In this document: positions 16,710-26,482 of the stretch, one piece after another
How the letters are laid out: each line of letters starts with the position of its first letter
How positions within the stretch are numbered: the first letter of the stretch is position 1
Assembly (NCBI GenBank): GCA_020852375.1
Contig: JADZAY010000008.1
Span: 9,688-73,687, forward strand
Source of the DNA: Candidatus Yanofskybacteria bacterium
GTDB lineage: Bacteria > Patescibacteriota > Minisyncoccia > 2-02-FULL-40-12 > GWA2-44-9
Direction: 5' to 3'
DNA: 64,000 nt
The notes under the pieces: generated by a model
The model's input: the letters and a program-made list of their open reading frames with translations, nothing else
Databases searched by the model: none
Told to the model about the DNA's origin: nothing
Translations under genes and position numbers: made by a program

Positions 16710-18236
16710 CTATAACGTCTGTTGTACCGTTTCTTCGGTCACGAACTCAAGCACATCGCCCTCTTGAATATCGCCGTCGAAGCTTGATGTGTCAATCCGC
16801 AAGCCGCACTCAACGCCTTGCGCGACTTCCGAAACGTCCTCTTTTTCCTGCTGGAGATTGGTCACCTTACCGATGCGAGTGGGCGTTTCGCCACGAGCAA
16901 GATCGACGAGTGAGCCTTTCTTCACGGAGCCGGAGGTGACCTTTCCGCCAAGGATGACCGCGCGTGATTCGGTTTTAAAGATCGCAAGAACGCGGAGTTT
17001 TCCCAGCACGGTGCGCTTGGTTTCTGTGGGGAGTAGGGTGGCCAGATTGGTTCGGACGGCTTCGACGAGTTCGTAGATGATATCGAAGGATGCGATACGG
17101 ATACCGTCGCGCTCGGCAAGTTTCTGTGCCGCCGGTTCGGTGGCGACACGGAACCCGAGAATGATCGCTCCCTTCGCCGCCGCAGTTTTCACGTCGGCTT
17201 CAGTGATGTTCCCGATGCCGGAAGCGAGCACACGCAGACCGACGTGTTCGTTCGGAATGGACGCGACCGCAAGTTCGATCGCTTCCAGCGAGCTCGCGAC
17301 GTCCGCCTTGAAGATGACGTTCAGGAGGGAGCGGTCACTTCCCGGAGCTTCCTGTCCGCGGTAGGTGTCGAACGCGACCGGCGGGGGAGTGATCGAATCG
17401 GCCGCGAGGTCTTCGGCGGCTTTCTTTGCGGTTGCCGTGCGGAACTGTCCGCCGACACGGGGCGCTTCGGGCCAACCGGTGAGGAGCACCGGTTGGGAGG
17501 GGGACGCCGTTTCCAGGGCGGCTCCGCGGAAATCCTCCATGCTCTTCACCTTTCCAACGACATGGTCAACGACGATCCAGTCGCCGACGCGGAGCGTGCC
17601 ATTCTGCACGAGCGCGGTCGCGACATATCCGCGCCGCTTATCGAGATTCGACTCGATGATGACGCCTGACGCAGGGCCGGTGGTGGTACTGGTGAGTTCC
17701 TGCAGCTCTGCGACCAGGTTGACCATGTCGAGCAGTTCGGGGATGCCCGCTCCGGTCTTTGCGCTGATCTCGAGTGCGGGCGTCTGCCCGCCCCACTCTT
17801 CGACGAGCACGTCTTCCTGGGCGAGGTCTTGCTTTACTTTCGCGGGGTTCGCGCCTTCTTTGTCGGTCTTGTTGATGGCGACGATGCAGGGGATCCCCGC
17901 GTCCTTGATGATGCGGATGGCCTCGCGGGTCTGTGGCTTGACGGATTCGTCGGCGGCGACGACGAGAACGGCGACATCGGCGACCTTCGCGCCGCGGCTG
18001 CGGATCGCGGTGAATGCTTCGTGACCCGGGGTGTCGAGGAATGTGATCAGGCGTCCGTTGGTCTCGGCTTGGTAGGCGCCGATGTGCTGCGTGATGCCGC
18101 CGGATTCACCTTCAATGACATTCGTGTTGCGGATGGCGTCGAGCAGCTTGGTTTTTCCGTGGTCGACGTGACCCAACACCACCACGACGGGTGGGCGCGA
18201 AGCTGAGTGCTCGGTTGAGGATGAGAGTTCGGCCAT
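16710..18236 (-). CDS. infB: Translation initiation factor IF-2 (short form)
   Basis: G-domain motifs VVVVLGHVDHGKTKLLD, DTPGHEAF and NKTD, plus C-terminal beta-barrel domains. 508 aa, lacking the long N-terminal region of E. coli-type IF-2. Confidence 0.92.
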   Translation of the reverse strand: MAELSSSTEHSASRPPVVVVLGHVDHGKTKLLDAIRNTNVIEGESGGITQHIGAYQAETNGRLITFLDTPGHEAFTAIRSRGAKVADVAVLVVAADESVKPQTREAIRIIKDAGIPCIVAINKTDKEGANPAKVKQDLAQEDVLVEEWGGQTPALEISAKTGAGIPELLDMVNLVAELQELTSTTTGPASGVIIESNLDKRRGYVATALVQNGTLRVGDWIVVDHVVGKVKSMEDFRGAALETASPSQPVLLTGWPEAPRVGGQFRTATAKKAAEDLAADSITPPPVAFDTYRGQEAPGSDRSLLNVIFKADVASSLEAIELAVASIPNEHVGLRVLASGIGNITEADVKTAAAKGAIILGFRVATEPAAQKLAERDGIRIASFDIIYELVEAVRTNLATLLPTETKRTVLGKLRVLAIFKTESRAVILGGKVTSGSVKKGSLVDLARGETPTRIGKVTNLQQEKEDVSEVAQGVECGLRIDTSSFDGDIQEGDVLEFVTEETVQQTL

Positions 18237-18334
18237 AGGGGGAAATATGCGGTCATGGAGGCCTTATCGCCGAATATGACGACCACAAAATCTACCACAT
18301 TCCGAGGTTTTCGACAAACCGTTCCGTTGTGCCG

Positions 18335-18643
18335 TTATGAACGAAGGCCGAGCGCTCGGGCGATGGAGTAGTTGTCGCCGAAGAGGTGGCGAGTGGTCAA
18401 CTCGGTCTCGATGACGGTATCAACGGGGATCGCGCGCACATCTCCCTCGGATACCACCACAGGGATGTGTTTCCACTTCGGCGTGTGCATTTCCATGTGC
18501 TTTCCGTTCTTGTCGGTCAGGTCGTAGATGAAATGCTCGCTGTCTTCTCGGATGACTCCAGGAAAGCGTGCGCGCAACTGCTCCATGCGGCGCATGGTCT
18601 TTTCATCGAGACGCTCAGGCCGGAGAGACGGCGCGCGTTCCAT
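18335..18643 (-). CDS. Hypothetical protein (102 aa) upstream of infB
   Basis: No recognised motif. It occupies the position where nusA/ylxR-type genes often sit, but it is not YlxR-like. Confidence 0.45.
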   Translation of the reverse strand: MERAPSLRPERLDEKTMRRMEQLRARFPGVIREDSEHFIYDLTDKNGKHMEMHTPKWKHIPVVVSEGDVRAIPVDTVIETELTTRHLFGDNYSIARALGLRS

Positions 18644-18648
18644 GGGGG

Positions 18649-19071
18649 CTACTTATAGTGCGAACGGACCTGGAAGAGGATGTAGAGCGAGATGCCGGTG
18701 CCGATGATGAGTCCACCGAGGTCGAAGCGGAGAAGCGAGTGTACGCCGCTCAGGAGCGTGTTGTAGTACATGAACTGCCAGCCAGACGATGTGCGAGCGA
18801 ACAGGCCGGGAATGGAGAGGCCGAGCAGGGCGATGCTGGCGAGCGAGAAGACGATGCCGAGCGTGCCGCCGTAGACTCCGTATCCACCCATCATGCCGTA
18901 CGGGAGCATCATGGCGCCGAATCCGAGCAGTGCCAGCACTGCCGGAAGCGACAGGATGAGTCCGATGACCGCAAGGTACGGGGCGATCTTTACCAAGAAC
19001 GCACGAACATTCTCCGGGAGGTTCGGGAGCTTCGCGAACAGATCCGACAGCATCTTTTCGAGGTCTTTCAT
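18649..19071 (-). CDS. Hypothetical integral membrane protein
   Basis: 140 aa with 3-4 predicted TM helices (AVIGLILSLPAVLALLGFGAMML, GIVFSLASIALLGLSIPGLF, LGGLIIGTGISLYILF). Confidence 0.55.
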   Translation of the reverse strand: MKDLEKMLSDLFAKLPNLPENVRAFLVKIAPYLAVIGLILSLPAVLALLGFGAMMLPYGMMGGYGVYGGTLGIVFSLASIALLGLSIPGLFARTSSGWQFMYYNTLLSGVHSLLRFDLGGLIIGTGISLYILFQVRSHYK

Positions 19072-19125
19072 GAATATACATTAACCGATGCGAATACTAT
19101 AGCACGATTCGACGGAGGAAGGGGA

Positions 19126-19261
19126 GGTGTGTGAAGAGGATTCGGACTGGCCACTGCCTCGCGGTGTCCGCTTCTGCGGACACACCGCTCCGGCGTTCGA
19201 ATCCTCCCGTTTCACACACACCGAAACAATACAGACTCCCACGTGGGAGTCTGTATTGTTT
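19126..19261. other. Structured region: perfect 17-bp hairpin (19224-19261) plus a roughly 97-nt imperfect palindrome (19126-19222) immediately 3' of tRNA-Ser
   Basis: Hairpin AAACAATACAGACTCCC-ACGT-GGGAGTCTGTATTGTTT. Palindrome GGTGTGTGAAGAGGATTCGGAC ... GTCCGC-TTCT-GCGGAC ... GTTCGAATCCTCCCGTTTCACACACACC. The right arm (GTTCGAATCCTCCCG) is identical to the T-loop and 3' stem of the adjacent tRNA-Ser, but in inverted orientation. Confidence 0.6.
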
Positions 19262-19264
19262 ATG

Positions 19265-19353
19265 CGGAGACGGGAGGATTCGAACCTCCGGACCGGTGTA
19301 ACCCGGTCAACACGTTAGCACCGTGCCGCTTTAGACCACTCAGCCACGTCTCC
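19265..19353 (-). tRNA. tRNA-Ser (anticodon GCU)
   Basis: 89 nt with a long variable arm. Acceptor GGAGACG/CGTCTCC. Anticodon loop GUGCUAA. T-arm GGAGGTTCGAATCCTCC. CCA is not fully encoded. Confidence 0.8.
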
Positions 19354-19511
19354 AAATTTTTATTATCTCGGCAAGGCCTCGCTCAAAAAACTGAGGGAGC
19401 CGTGTCTGCCGGGGCGGCTTTTGCCCGCCCGCTGAATACTCGCCTTCTCGCATTCGGCCCACGCCTCCAATAGCCAGGAGATTCTAGCACTTTTCGCCGC
19501 TCTCATCAACC

Positions 19512-20165
19512 TCAGCCGCGCGCGACGGTGAGTGCGGTGACGGAACGGGCGCCGGCGGCGCGGAGAGCGCGGGCGCACGCTTGAAGCGTGGCTCCGGTGG
19601 TACACACATCGTCAACGAGCATGACGGCTCGCCCTCGTATCGCGGCGGGTTTGTTGCAGGCGAATGCGTCGCGCATGTTCTCGAGTCGTTCGCCACGGTC
19701 GGCCGTTGCGACCTGGCTTCCCGTGTTGCGCGTGCGGGTGAGCGCGGTGGCGTCGCAGGGGAGTGCGGTGATGTGCGCCCATGCTCGGGCGATGAGCTCG
19801 GCCTGATTGTACCCGCGCTCACGGAAACGCGATGGATGCAGAGGAACCGGGACGACGACCGCATTCTTCTTGGTGTGCTGGAGCGCCTCCGGTGTCTGTG
19901 CGACCGCGTCAGCCAGCCAGCATGCAAGCGGGCCCGCGAGTGCGGTGAGCGATCGGTATTTCAGCCGCCACACGGCCTGGGCGAGCAGGGGGTGTGCGAG
20001 CGGGCCACCCGATATTGCCCGAGTGCCGTCGGCGAGCCTACGGACGTCCGGGGCGGATGGAATGCGCTCGCGGCATGGCGAACATAGGGCCTCTCCGATC
20101 TCATCGCAGGCAATGCATCGGTTGGGCCACAGCGTATCGCGCAGCCATGCCAAAATGTCCTTCAT
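19512..20165 (-). CDS. comFC: ComF-family protein (ComFC-like phosphoribosyltransferase with N-terminal zinc ribbon)
   Basis: The start is set at MKDILAWLRDTLWPNRCIACDE...CSPC (double CxxC). The C-terminal PRTase motif is VMLVDDVCTTGATL. Confidence 0.8.
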   Translation of the reverse strand: MKDILAWLRDTLWPNRCIACDEIGEALCSPCRERIPSAPDVRRLADGTRAISGGPLAHPLLAQAVWRLKYRSLTALAGPLACWLADAVAQTPEALQHTKKNAVVVPVPLHPSRFRERGYNQAELIARAWAHITALPCDATALTRTRNTGSQVATADRGERLENMRDAFACNKPAAIRGRAVMLVDDVCTTGATLQACARALRAAGARSVTALTVARG

Positions 20166-20221
20166 ATATATAATCCACACACTGCCGACCCGGGCGGCTC
20201 CGTGGCTGGGGTATACTAGAT

Positions 20222-21322
20222 ATGACGATGCCATTCAACCTCTTCAAGGCAAAAAGCAAGCTCGGTATCGATATTGGTACTTCGAGCATCAAGATCGTTG
20301 AGCTTTCCCAGGAGAACGGTCGCTGGAAGCTTGAGAATTATGCGATGTACGAGCTACATAGCAAAGATGGTCGCGCGGATACCGCGAACACGGTGATGGA
20401 CCTTTCGGACGACGAGATCGCGAGCGCCATCAAAGAGACGATCTCGACCGCGGGTATGAAGAGTCGCGATGCGGTCGCGTCGGTATCGGCGTTCTCGACG
20501 TTCGCGACCGTTATCGAAATGCCGTATGTGAGCGAAGAGGATCTCGCGAAGACTATACCGTTCGAGGCGCGGAAGTATGTGCCGGTGCCGCTCGACCAAG
20601 TTGTCCTTGATTGGTCCATCATCGGCGTTGTCGATGGGAAGGGGGGAGTGAGCGAGTTGCCGCCGGGTCCTGCGGCACCCGGGGCAACTGTCACGGTGGA
20701 GGTGTTCTTGGCGGCGGTTCCTAAAGATGAGACCGCCCGGTACCAGCGCATCATGCGCGCGGCGGGAGTGAATCTTGTTGCGCTTGAATTGGAGAACTCC
20801 AGTCTGGTGCGGGCGTTGCTGGGGAACGACCTTTCTCCGACCGCGATCCTGAATGTGGGAGGGCGGAGCACTTCGATCCTCGTGGTAAGCAAGGGGTATG
20901 AGCGGTTGAGCCACAACTACGAGATCGGCGGATACGAGATCACCAAAGCCATTGCGACTGCGCTTGGCATCAGCGCCGAACAGGCGGAGGCGCTGAAGCG
21001 GAAATACGGAGTCATTGATAATCCCGAGAACAAAGCGCGTGCCGCAATGATGCCGCTGATCGATATGATGGTATTCGAGACGAACAAGACCATCGAGGCG
21101 TTCGAGCAGTCGCGGAAGTCGCGTATCAGCCGGGTTGTGCTCATCGGCGGTCTTGCCAACATGCCGGGTCTCGCCCAATACGTGAAGCAGCGCATCCCTC
21201 GGGATGTCCTCATCGGCAATGTGTTCGCACGGTTGGTGCACCCGCCGGAGCTTGCTCCGCTGGTACAGACCTTGAGCAACACGCTTGCCATCGCAGTCGG
21301 CTGCGCCATGCGGGAGACGTGA
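20222..21322 (+). CDS. pilM: Type IV pilus assembly protein PilM
   Basis: Actin-like ATPase fold: LGIDIGTSSIKIVEL..., VVLIGGLANMPGL. This is the first gene of the pilMNO block. Confidence 0.88.
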   Translation: MTMPFNLFKAKSKLGIDIGTSSIKIVELSQENGRWKLENYAMYELHSKDGRADTANTVMDLSDDEIASAIKETISTAGMKSRDAVASVSAFSTFATVIEMPYVSEEDLAKTIPFEARKYVPVPLDQVVLDWSIIGVVDGKGGVSELPPGPAAPGATVTVEVFLAAVPKDETARYQRIMRAAGVNLVALELENSSLVRALLGNDLSPTAILNVGGRSTSILVVSKGYERLSHNYEIGGYEITKAIATALGISAEQAEALKRKYGVIDNPENKARAAMMPLIDMMVFETNKTIEAFEQSRKSRISRVVLIGGLANMPGLAQYVKQRIPRDVLIGNVFARLVHPPELAPLVQTLSNTLAIAVGCAMRET

Positions 21323-21932
21323 TATACTAGAAGGGGAACACTGTTCTGTCGTGCCATACAAAGGAGGGGTACAACTTTTGCCGGAAACCGAACGCCGCCC
21401 AACGCTGGCGTCGTATACGAGCGGCAATTCCTATTTCTACACTGCCGTCGCGCTCGGTATCGCGATCATCATCATCGGCGCCACGCTGGGCGGCTACAAG
21501 GCGAGCCTTCGTCAGCAGATCGCGAGCCTGGACGGGCAGTTGGATGCCAGCGAACAGCAGCGCAACAAGACACAGGAGCAAGAGCTGATCGCGGCATCGA
21601 AGCAGTCGCGGGTCATGCGGCAGTTGCTGGCCGGGAAGTGGTACTGGTCGCAGGCGCTCGAGCGCATGGAACAGATGACCCAGGCCTCGGTTGCGCTCAC
21701 GCAGCTCGGTGCTTCCGCTACGAAGGGGACGATCACATTCCGCGGGACCGCTGATGGGTACGCGGCGGTCGCTCGACAGCTCGCCGCATTCGTCGCGGCG
21801 ACCGGCGTGAAGGATGTTTCGTTGCGTTCGGTCAAGACCAATCCCCAGGGCGTCATTGAATTCGACGGGGAACTCTCCATTGATACGCGGACACTAGTCG
21901 GAAAACCATCACCTTCACCCTCTACGCCATGA
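21285..21932 (+). CDS. pilN: PilN-like type IV pilus assembly protein (start uncertain)
   Basis: It has one TM segment (FYTAVALGIAIIIIGATLGGY) followed by a coiled coil, and sits between pilM and pilO. The track ORF overlaps pilM by 38 bp. The true start may be an internal GTG/TTG. Confidence 0.6.
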   Translation: MPSQSAAPCGRRDILEGEHCSVVPYKGGVQLLPETERRPTLASYTSGNSYFYTAVALGIAIIIIGATLGGYKASLRQQIASLDGQLDASEQQRNKTQEQELIAASKQSRVMRQLLAGKWYWSQALERMEQMTQASVALTQLGASATKGTITFRGTADGYAAVARQLAAFVAATGVKDVSLRSVKTNPQGVIEFDGELSIDTRTLVGKPSPSPSTP

Positions 21933-22462
21933 CGAGCGGCAAAGCGATCTTCGGAGCGTGCACGATTGCCATTGCGGCCTTCTTCTTTTGGCCGTCGGTG
22001 ATCGGGTCGTGGCAAGAGATGCAGGCGTTGCGGGCTGCACGCAATGAGCGAGAGGCATTACTGAAAGATCGCACCGACATTCTTGCGCGCGCGACCGAGC
22101 AGTATGCATCCTACCAGGCGGCACTTGCGGGGGAGGGAGGGCGTGCACTTTTCTCGATGGTCCCGGCGAAGAAAGATACGGCCGAACTCGTGTCCGCGAT
22201 CCAGGATATCGCCGCGCGGTCCGGGGCACAGATCGGCGAGATCCGCACCGCGGACAGCAAGGGAAAGACCAGCGACCCCTACCGAACCCTGACACTGACC
22301 ATTGAGCTGTCGGGCTCGTACAGCGCCTTGCGTTCGTTCTTGTCCGGGCTTGAACAGTACGTGCGCGTTATGAGCGTCGAGAGTATCGAAGTAAGCACGG
22401 ATACACGCGCGCCGGGATCGTTGCGGTTCGGTATCCGCGCCGACACCTATTTCATCCAGTAG
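21929..22462 (+). CDS. pilO: PilO-like type IV pilus assembly protein
   Basis: N-terminal TM (IFGACTIAIAAFFFW), a coiled coil, then a PilO-like C-terminal domain. It overlaps the pilN stop. Confidence 0.7.
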   Translation: MTSGKAIFGACTIAIAAFFFWPSVIGSWQEMQALRAARNEREALLKDRTDILARATEQYASYQAALAGEGGRALFSMVPAKKDTAELVSAIQDIAARSGAQIGEIRTADSKGKTSDPYRTLTLTIELSGSYSALRSFLSGLEQYVRVMSVESIEVSTDTRAPGSLRFGIRADTYFIQ

Positions 22463-22464
22463 CC

Positions 22465-22731
22465 ATGGGCACGACCAAACAAAACTCTTCACTGCTCTAC
22501 CTTATTATGTTGCTGGGGTTTGTGTTGGGCTTTCTCTACAACAGCCGTCTCGATCCGACGGCAGGTGTTCCGCCGGTCGATGGTCGGCATCAGTTGACCT
22601 CGCTCAGGGGACTCGAGTCGGCTCGCATCGACACCTCGTTCCTGTCTTCGGAGCAATTCAAAGAGCTGCGTATATTCGGTTCGCTTCCGGTACAACCGGT
22701 GGGAAACGGGAAGTCGGATCCATTTCACTAG
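22465..22731 (+). CDS. Small membrane protein (PilP-position hypothetical)
   Basis: 88 aa with an N-terminal TM (LLYLIMLLGFVLGFLY). It sits between pilO and pilB. Confidence 0.45.
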   Translation: MGTTKQNSSLLYLIMLLGFVLGFLYNSRLDPTAGVPPVDGRHQLTSLRGLESARIDTSFLSSEQFKELRIFGSLPVQPVGNGKSDPFH

Positions 22732-22743
22732 CAATTCTCGTGT

Positions 22744-24516
22744 ATGCCCGGCAAGGCGCCTCAAACACTTATCAATGAGCTGGTACGCATCGGCCGCCTG
22801 ACAAAGGCGGACGCTGATGCTTTGGTCTCGGCGGCAGTCCGAGAGGGGAAAGACGTCGGTGCGGCGCTGATCGAGGCCGGCACCATGAGCGATGCCGAGC
22901 TCGCGAAATTCAAAAGCGAATTGTATCGGCTCCCGCAAGTTGACCTTTCGCAGACGGAACCGGATCCTGCTGCGCTCGGTGAGATCAGCGAGGATGTCGC
23001 CGGATTCTACCGGGTCATTCCGTTCGCGGTCGCCGACGGAGTGCTAAAGGTCGGTATTGTCGATCCGGAAGACATCAATGCGCTCGAGGCGCTGAAGTTC
23101 ATTGCCGCGGACAAGGGCTTGAAGCTGGAGAAGTATGTGCTCATGTACCGAGATTTCGCCGGAGCGCTCAAGCGGTTCAAGTCGTTGAGCGGCGAGGTCG
23201 GCAAAGCTCTGGAGTCGATCGCGGAAGAGGCGGGACAGGCGGTCGGTGGCGGGGAGCCGGAGCTGTCGCTCGACCAGATCACCGCAGAGAGCCCGGTGAC
23301 GAAAGTCGTATCGGCGATGCTCGCGCACGCGATCGATGGCCGTGCGTCCGATATTCACATCGAGCCGTTCGACACGGATACGCGCGTTCGGTTCCGCGTC
23401 GATGGCGTCCTGCAGGCGGTACTCACGCTTCCGAAGAATCTCCACCCGTCCGTGGTGACGCGCATCAAGATCCTCTCGAATCTCAAGATCGATGAGACGC
23501 GCGTTCCGCAGGATGGACGCTTCAGCATCTACCAGGGCAAGACGAAGATTGATTTTCGTGTCAGCACGTTCCCGACGAAAGCGGGGGAGAAGGTAGTGAT
23601 GCGCATCCTTGACCCGCTGTCGAGCCGCATCGATCTTCCGGGGCTCGGAGTGACCGGCCGAAGTGCTACGCTCCTACAGGAGGCGATCGAGAAGCCTTAC
23701 GGCATCATTCTGATCACCGGGCCGACCGGCTCCGGAAAATCGACGACCATTGCCGCGTTGTTGAAACAGATGAACACCGAGGAGATCAACATTGTGACCC
23801 TCGAGGATCCGATCGAGTACTACATCGACGGGGTGAACCAGTCGCAGACGCACGAAGAGATCGGGTACACATTCGCAAATGGCCTTCGCTCGATCCTGCG
23901 CCAAGACCCGGACGTTATCATGGTTGGTGAGATCCGAGATCGTGAGACTGCAGGGCTTGCGGTACAGGCGGCACTGACAGGGCATATCGTGCTCTCAACG
24001 CTCCACACGAACGATGCGCTCGGGGTGATCCCGCGCTTGGTGGATATGGGGGTCGAGAAGTATCTGCTTCCGCCGGTGCTGAACCTTGCGGTTGCTCAGC
24101 GACTTCTGCGTCGGCTGTGTCCGACGTGCAAAGTGAAGGATGTCGCGAACGAGGCGGAAGCGAAGATCATTTCCGATGCGCTTGCGCACATGCCGCAGGA
24201 GCTGGTCGCTCCATATCTGAAGGAACAGTTCGAGGTGTATCGTCCGAACACGAAGTCGCCGTGCAAGGAGTGCGGCGGGAAGGCTTTCAAGGGGCGTATC
24301 GCGATCTTCGAGATGCTGCACATGACCGACGAGCTTGAGGGTATTATCCTGGGAAACCTCTCCGAAGCAGCATTGCGTGATGAAGCGAAGCGGCAGGGGA
24401 TGGTCAGTATGTTCCAGGACGGCATCTTGAAAGTGCTCGACGGGACTTGCTCACTCCAGGAGCTGCTCGAAGTCGCTCAGGCGAGTGACGAGGAGGAGCC
24501 GCCGAAGGCCGCATAA
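22744..24516 (+). CDS. pilB: Type IV pilus assembly ATPase PilB (GspE family)
   Basis: It has an N-terminal GspII-like domain, Walker A GPTGSGKSTT, Asp/His boxes and a tetracysteine motif CPTC...CKEC. Confidence 0.92.
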   Translation: MPGKAPQTLINELVRIGRLTKADADALVSAAVREGKDVGAALIEAGTMSDAELAKFKSELYRLPQVDLSQTEPDPAALGEISEDVAGFYRVIPFAVADGVLKVGIVDPEDINALEALKFIAADKGLKLEKYVLMYRDFAGALKRFKSLSGEVGKALESIAEEAGQAVGGGEPELSLDQITAESPVTKVVSAMLAHAIDGRASDIHIEPFDTDTRVRFRVDGVLQAVLTLPKNLHPSVVTRIKILSNLKIDETRVPQDGRFSIYQGKTKIDFRVSTFPTKAGEKVVMRILDPLSSRIDLPGLGVTGRSATLLQEAIEKPYGIILITGPTGSGKSTTIAALLKQMNTEEINIVTLEDPIEYYIDGVNQSQTHEEIGYTFANGLRSILRQDPDVIMVGEIRDRETAGLAVQAALTGHIVLSTLHTNDALGVIPRLVDMGVEKYLLPPVLNLAVAQRLLRRLCPTCKVKDVANEAEAKIISDALAHMPQELVAPYLKEQFEVYRPNTKSPCKECGGKAFKGRIAIFEMLHMTDELEGIILGNLSEAALRDEAKRQGMVSMFQDGILKVLDGTCSLQELLEVAQASDEEEPPKAA

Positions 24517-24525
24517 CATCGAACC

Positions 24526-25740
24526 ATGCAGTTTTCCTATCAGGTCAAACACCAGGACGGAACGCTCCACAGCGGACTCATCGAAGCCCCGGACGAAGGA
24601 GCTGCGGTCGCCGAGCTGCACGGGCGCGGGTTTGTGGTGCTTTCGCTGGCGTCTGCGCAGAAGGGGATATTCTCCGGCGGCGATCTCAACCAGCTGTTCA
24701 ATCGGCCGAAGACGAAAGACGTCGTCGTATTCACGCGACAGCTCGCGACGCTTATCGAGGCGGATGTGCCGCTCGCGGAGAGTATGCGCACATTGGCAGG
24801 GCAGACCGATAATCCGGCGTTCTCGCGTATCATCGCGGAAGTAAGCGACAAGCTCGAAGGGGGGACATCGTTGTCGGCCGCATTCGCGGCGCACCCGAAG
24901 TTGTTCTCGCAGTTCTACGTGAAACTCGTTCGGTCGGGTGAGATCTCCGGTCGTCTCCAGCAGTCGCTCCAGTATCTTGCCGATTACCTGGAGCGCAACC
25001 AGGCGATCGCAGGGAAGGTGCGCAACGCCCTCGCGTATCCCATCTTCGTCATCTTTGCCATGGTCGCGGTCGCGCTGATCATGGTGGTGTATGTGTTGCC
25101 GCAGCTGCTCGTCATCTTCAAGGAGTCAGGTGTCACCGATCTTCCTATCACCACGAAGGCGCTGATCGCAGTGACTGATTTTACCAACAGCTATATCGTG
25201 TTGATCCTTGGCATGCTGGTGATCACGGTCGTCGGTGCCCTGCAGTGGGTGCGGACGCCGGACGGACGGCACTGGTGGGATGCGTTCAAAGTGCGCATGC
25301 CGTTGTTCGGGATCATTCTTAAGTCGCTCTACCTCGCGCGCATCGCCGAGAACATGGCGACGCTCATCAAGAGCGACATCGCCATCCTCGATGCGCTTCG
25401 CGTGACGGGTGATATCGTCGACAATGTGGTCTATCGCGACATTCTTCTGCACGCCGAAGAGCAGGTGCGAGGCGGCGGGAGCGTTTCGGAGGTGTTCCGG
25501 CAGTATCGGGCCAGCATCCCGCCGCTGATGGCGTCGATGATCGCGATCGGGGAGCGCACGGGGAAACTGGATTACATGCTGGGCCATGTGAGCGCGTTCT
25601 ATCGTACCGATTCTGAAAGCCGCATCGACAACATTTCCGCACTCATCGAGCCGGTACTGGTCGTGGTGCTTGGATTGGGGGTTGCGATCCTTGTCGCTTC
25701 CATTCTCCTCCCGCTCTACTCTCTTGTGGGCGTGTCGTAG
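24526..25740 (+). CDS. pilC: Type IV pilus inner-membrane platform protein PilC (GspF family)
   Basis: 404 aa. Two GspF repeats with the conserved IAEN / GE..G motif, and 3 TM segments. Confidence 0.9.
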   Translation: MQFSYQVKHQDGTLHSGLIEAPDEGAAVAELHGRGFVVLSLASAQKGIFSGGDLNQLFNRPKTKDVVVFTRQLATLIEADVPLAESMRTLAGQTDNPAFSRIIAEVSDKLEGGTSLSAAFAAHPKLFSQFYVKLVRSGEISGRLQQSLQYLADYLERNQAIAGKVRNALAYPIFVIFAMVAVALIMVVYVLPQLLVIFKESGVTDLPITTKALIAVTDFTNSYIVLILGMLVITVVGALQWVRTPDGRHWWDAFKVRMPLFGIILKSLYLARIAENMATLIKSDIAILDALRVTGDIVDNVVYRDILLHAEEQVRGGGSVSEVFRQYRASIPPLMASMIAIGERTGKLDYMLGHVSAFYRTDSESRIDNISALIEPVLVVVLGLGVAILVASILLPLYSLVGVS

Positions 25741-25825
25741 AGGCGTCGTGCACGAGATTGACGTATCGCGAATTTAGCGTACTGTAGCGCTCGGTGGCTT
25801 TGCTCTTTCGGATATTTCCGCGGCA

Positions 25826-26482
25826 GTGCTGCGGACCCTTGTCCTCCGGGCAGGAGGAAGCTTCTCCGCGATCAGCGGGAAGGAGATTGAAATGAAGTAC
25901 GGTCAGTTGACGATGGGGCAGATTGAAGCGGTGGTCAACAAGCTTGGCGGGATGGAGGGTGTTCAACGCCTACTCGCGGGAGACCTCATGATCACCGAGC
26001 TTGCTGAGCGGTTCAAGCCGATGGAGTGGAGGCGAATCGTTCTCGGGGTGCGCGACTCCTGGGATGCGTATCGCGCGTCGTGCGAATCGGCGGGCGTGAT
26101 CGGGGAGGATCTCCGAAGGTACTTTCCTTCTCACAAGATTAGCACCGTTCCGCGTGAGGTTGTCCTTACCGTGGTGTCGGGTGCCCAGCTCGGATTTTCG
26201 AGGCCGGCTAAGCGCGCCGCAATCATTGCCCGTGCTGAAAGTGTGGGGGTTCGGACATGTCCAGGGGAAGTTGCCCTCGTGCTTTCCATGGCATATCTCG
26301 ACCAGCCTCCTCACGAGGTGCTGACGATTGCCACGGATCCGGCGCAGGAGTTTGGCGAGACTCCCGGGGTGTTTCAGGTCGCTGCAGGACTTCTGTCGCG
26401 AAGACTAATCCGTCGTCCCAGCGACCCGTCCGCTCTCTGGAGTCCGGAAGTCCAATGGGTGTTTCGGATGATGGTCCGCTAG
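25826..26482 (+). CDS. Hypothetical protein (embedded in pilus cluster)
   Basis: 218 aa (or 196 aa from MKYGQLTMGQ at 25892). No recognised motif. Its 3' end overlaps the next gene by 28 bp. Confidence 0.45.
   Translation: MLRTLVLRAGGSFSAISGKEIEMKYGQLTMGQIEAVVNKLGGMEGVQRLLAGDLMITELAERFKPMEWRRIVLGVRDSWDAYRASCESAGVIGEDLRRYFPSHKISTVPREVVLTVVSGAQLGFSRPAKRAAIIARAESVGVRTCPGEVALVLSMAYLDQPPHEVLTIATDPAQEFGETPGVFQVAAGLLSRRLIRRPSDPSALWSPEVQWVFRMMVR

Noticed and set aside
19126-19222. tRNA-Sec or other long-arm tRNA in the palindromic region next to tRNA-Ser
   Set aside because: No strand gives a cloverleaf with a 7-nt anticodon loop and proper T-arm. The sequence is an extended hairpin whose only tRNA-like part is a 15-nt inverted copy of the tRNA-Ser T-arm.
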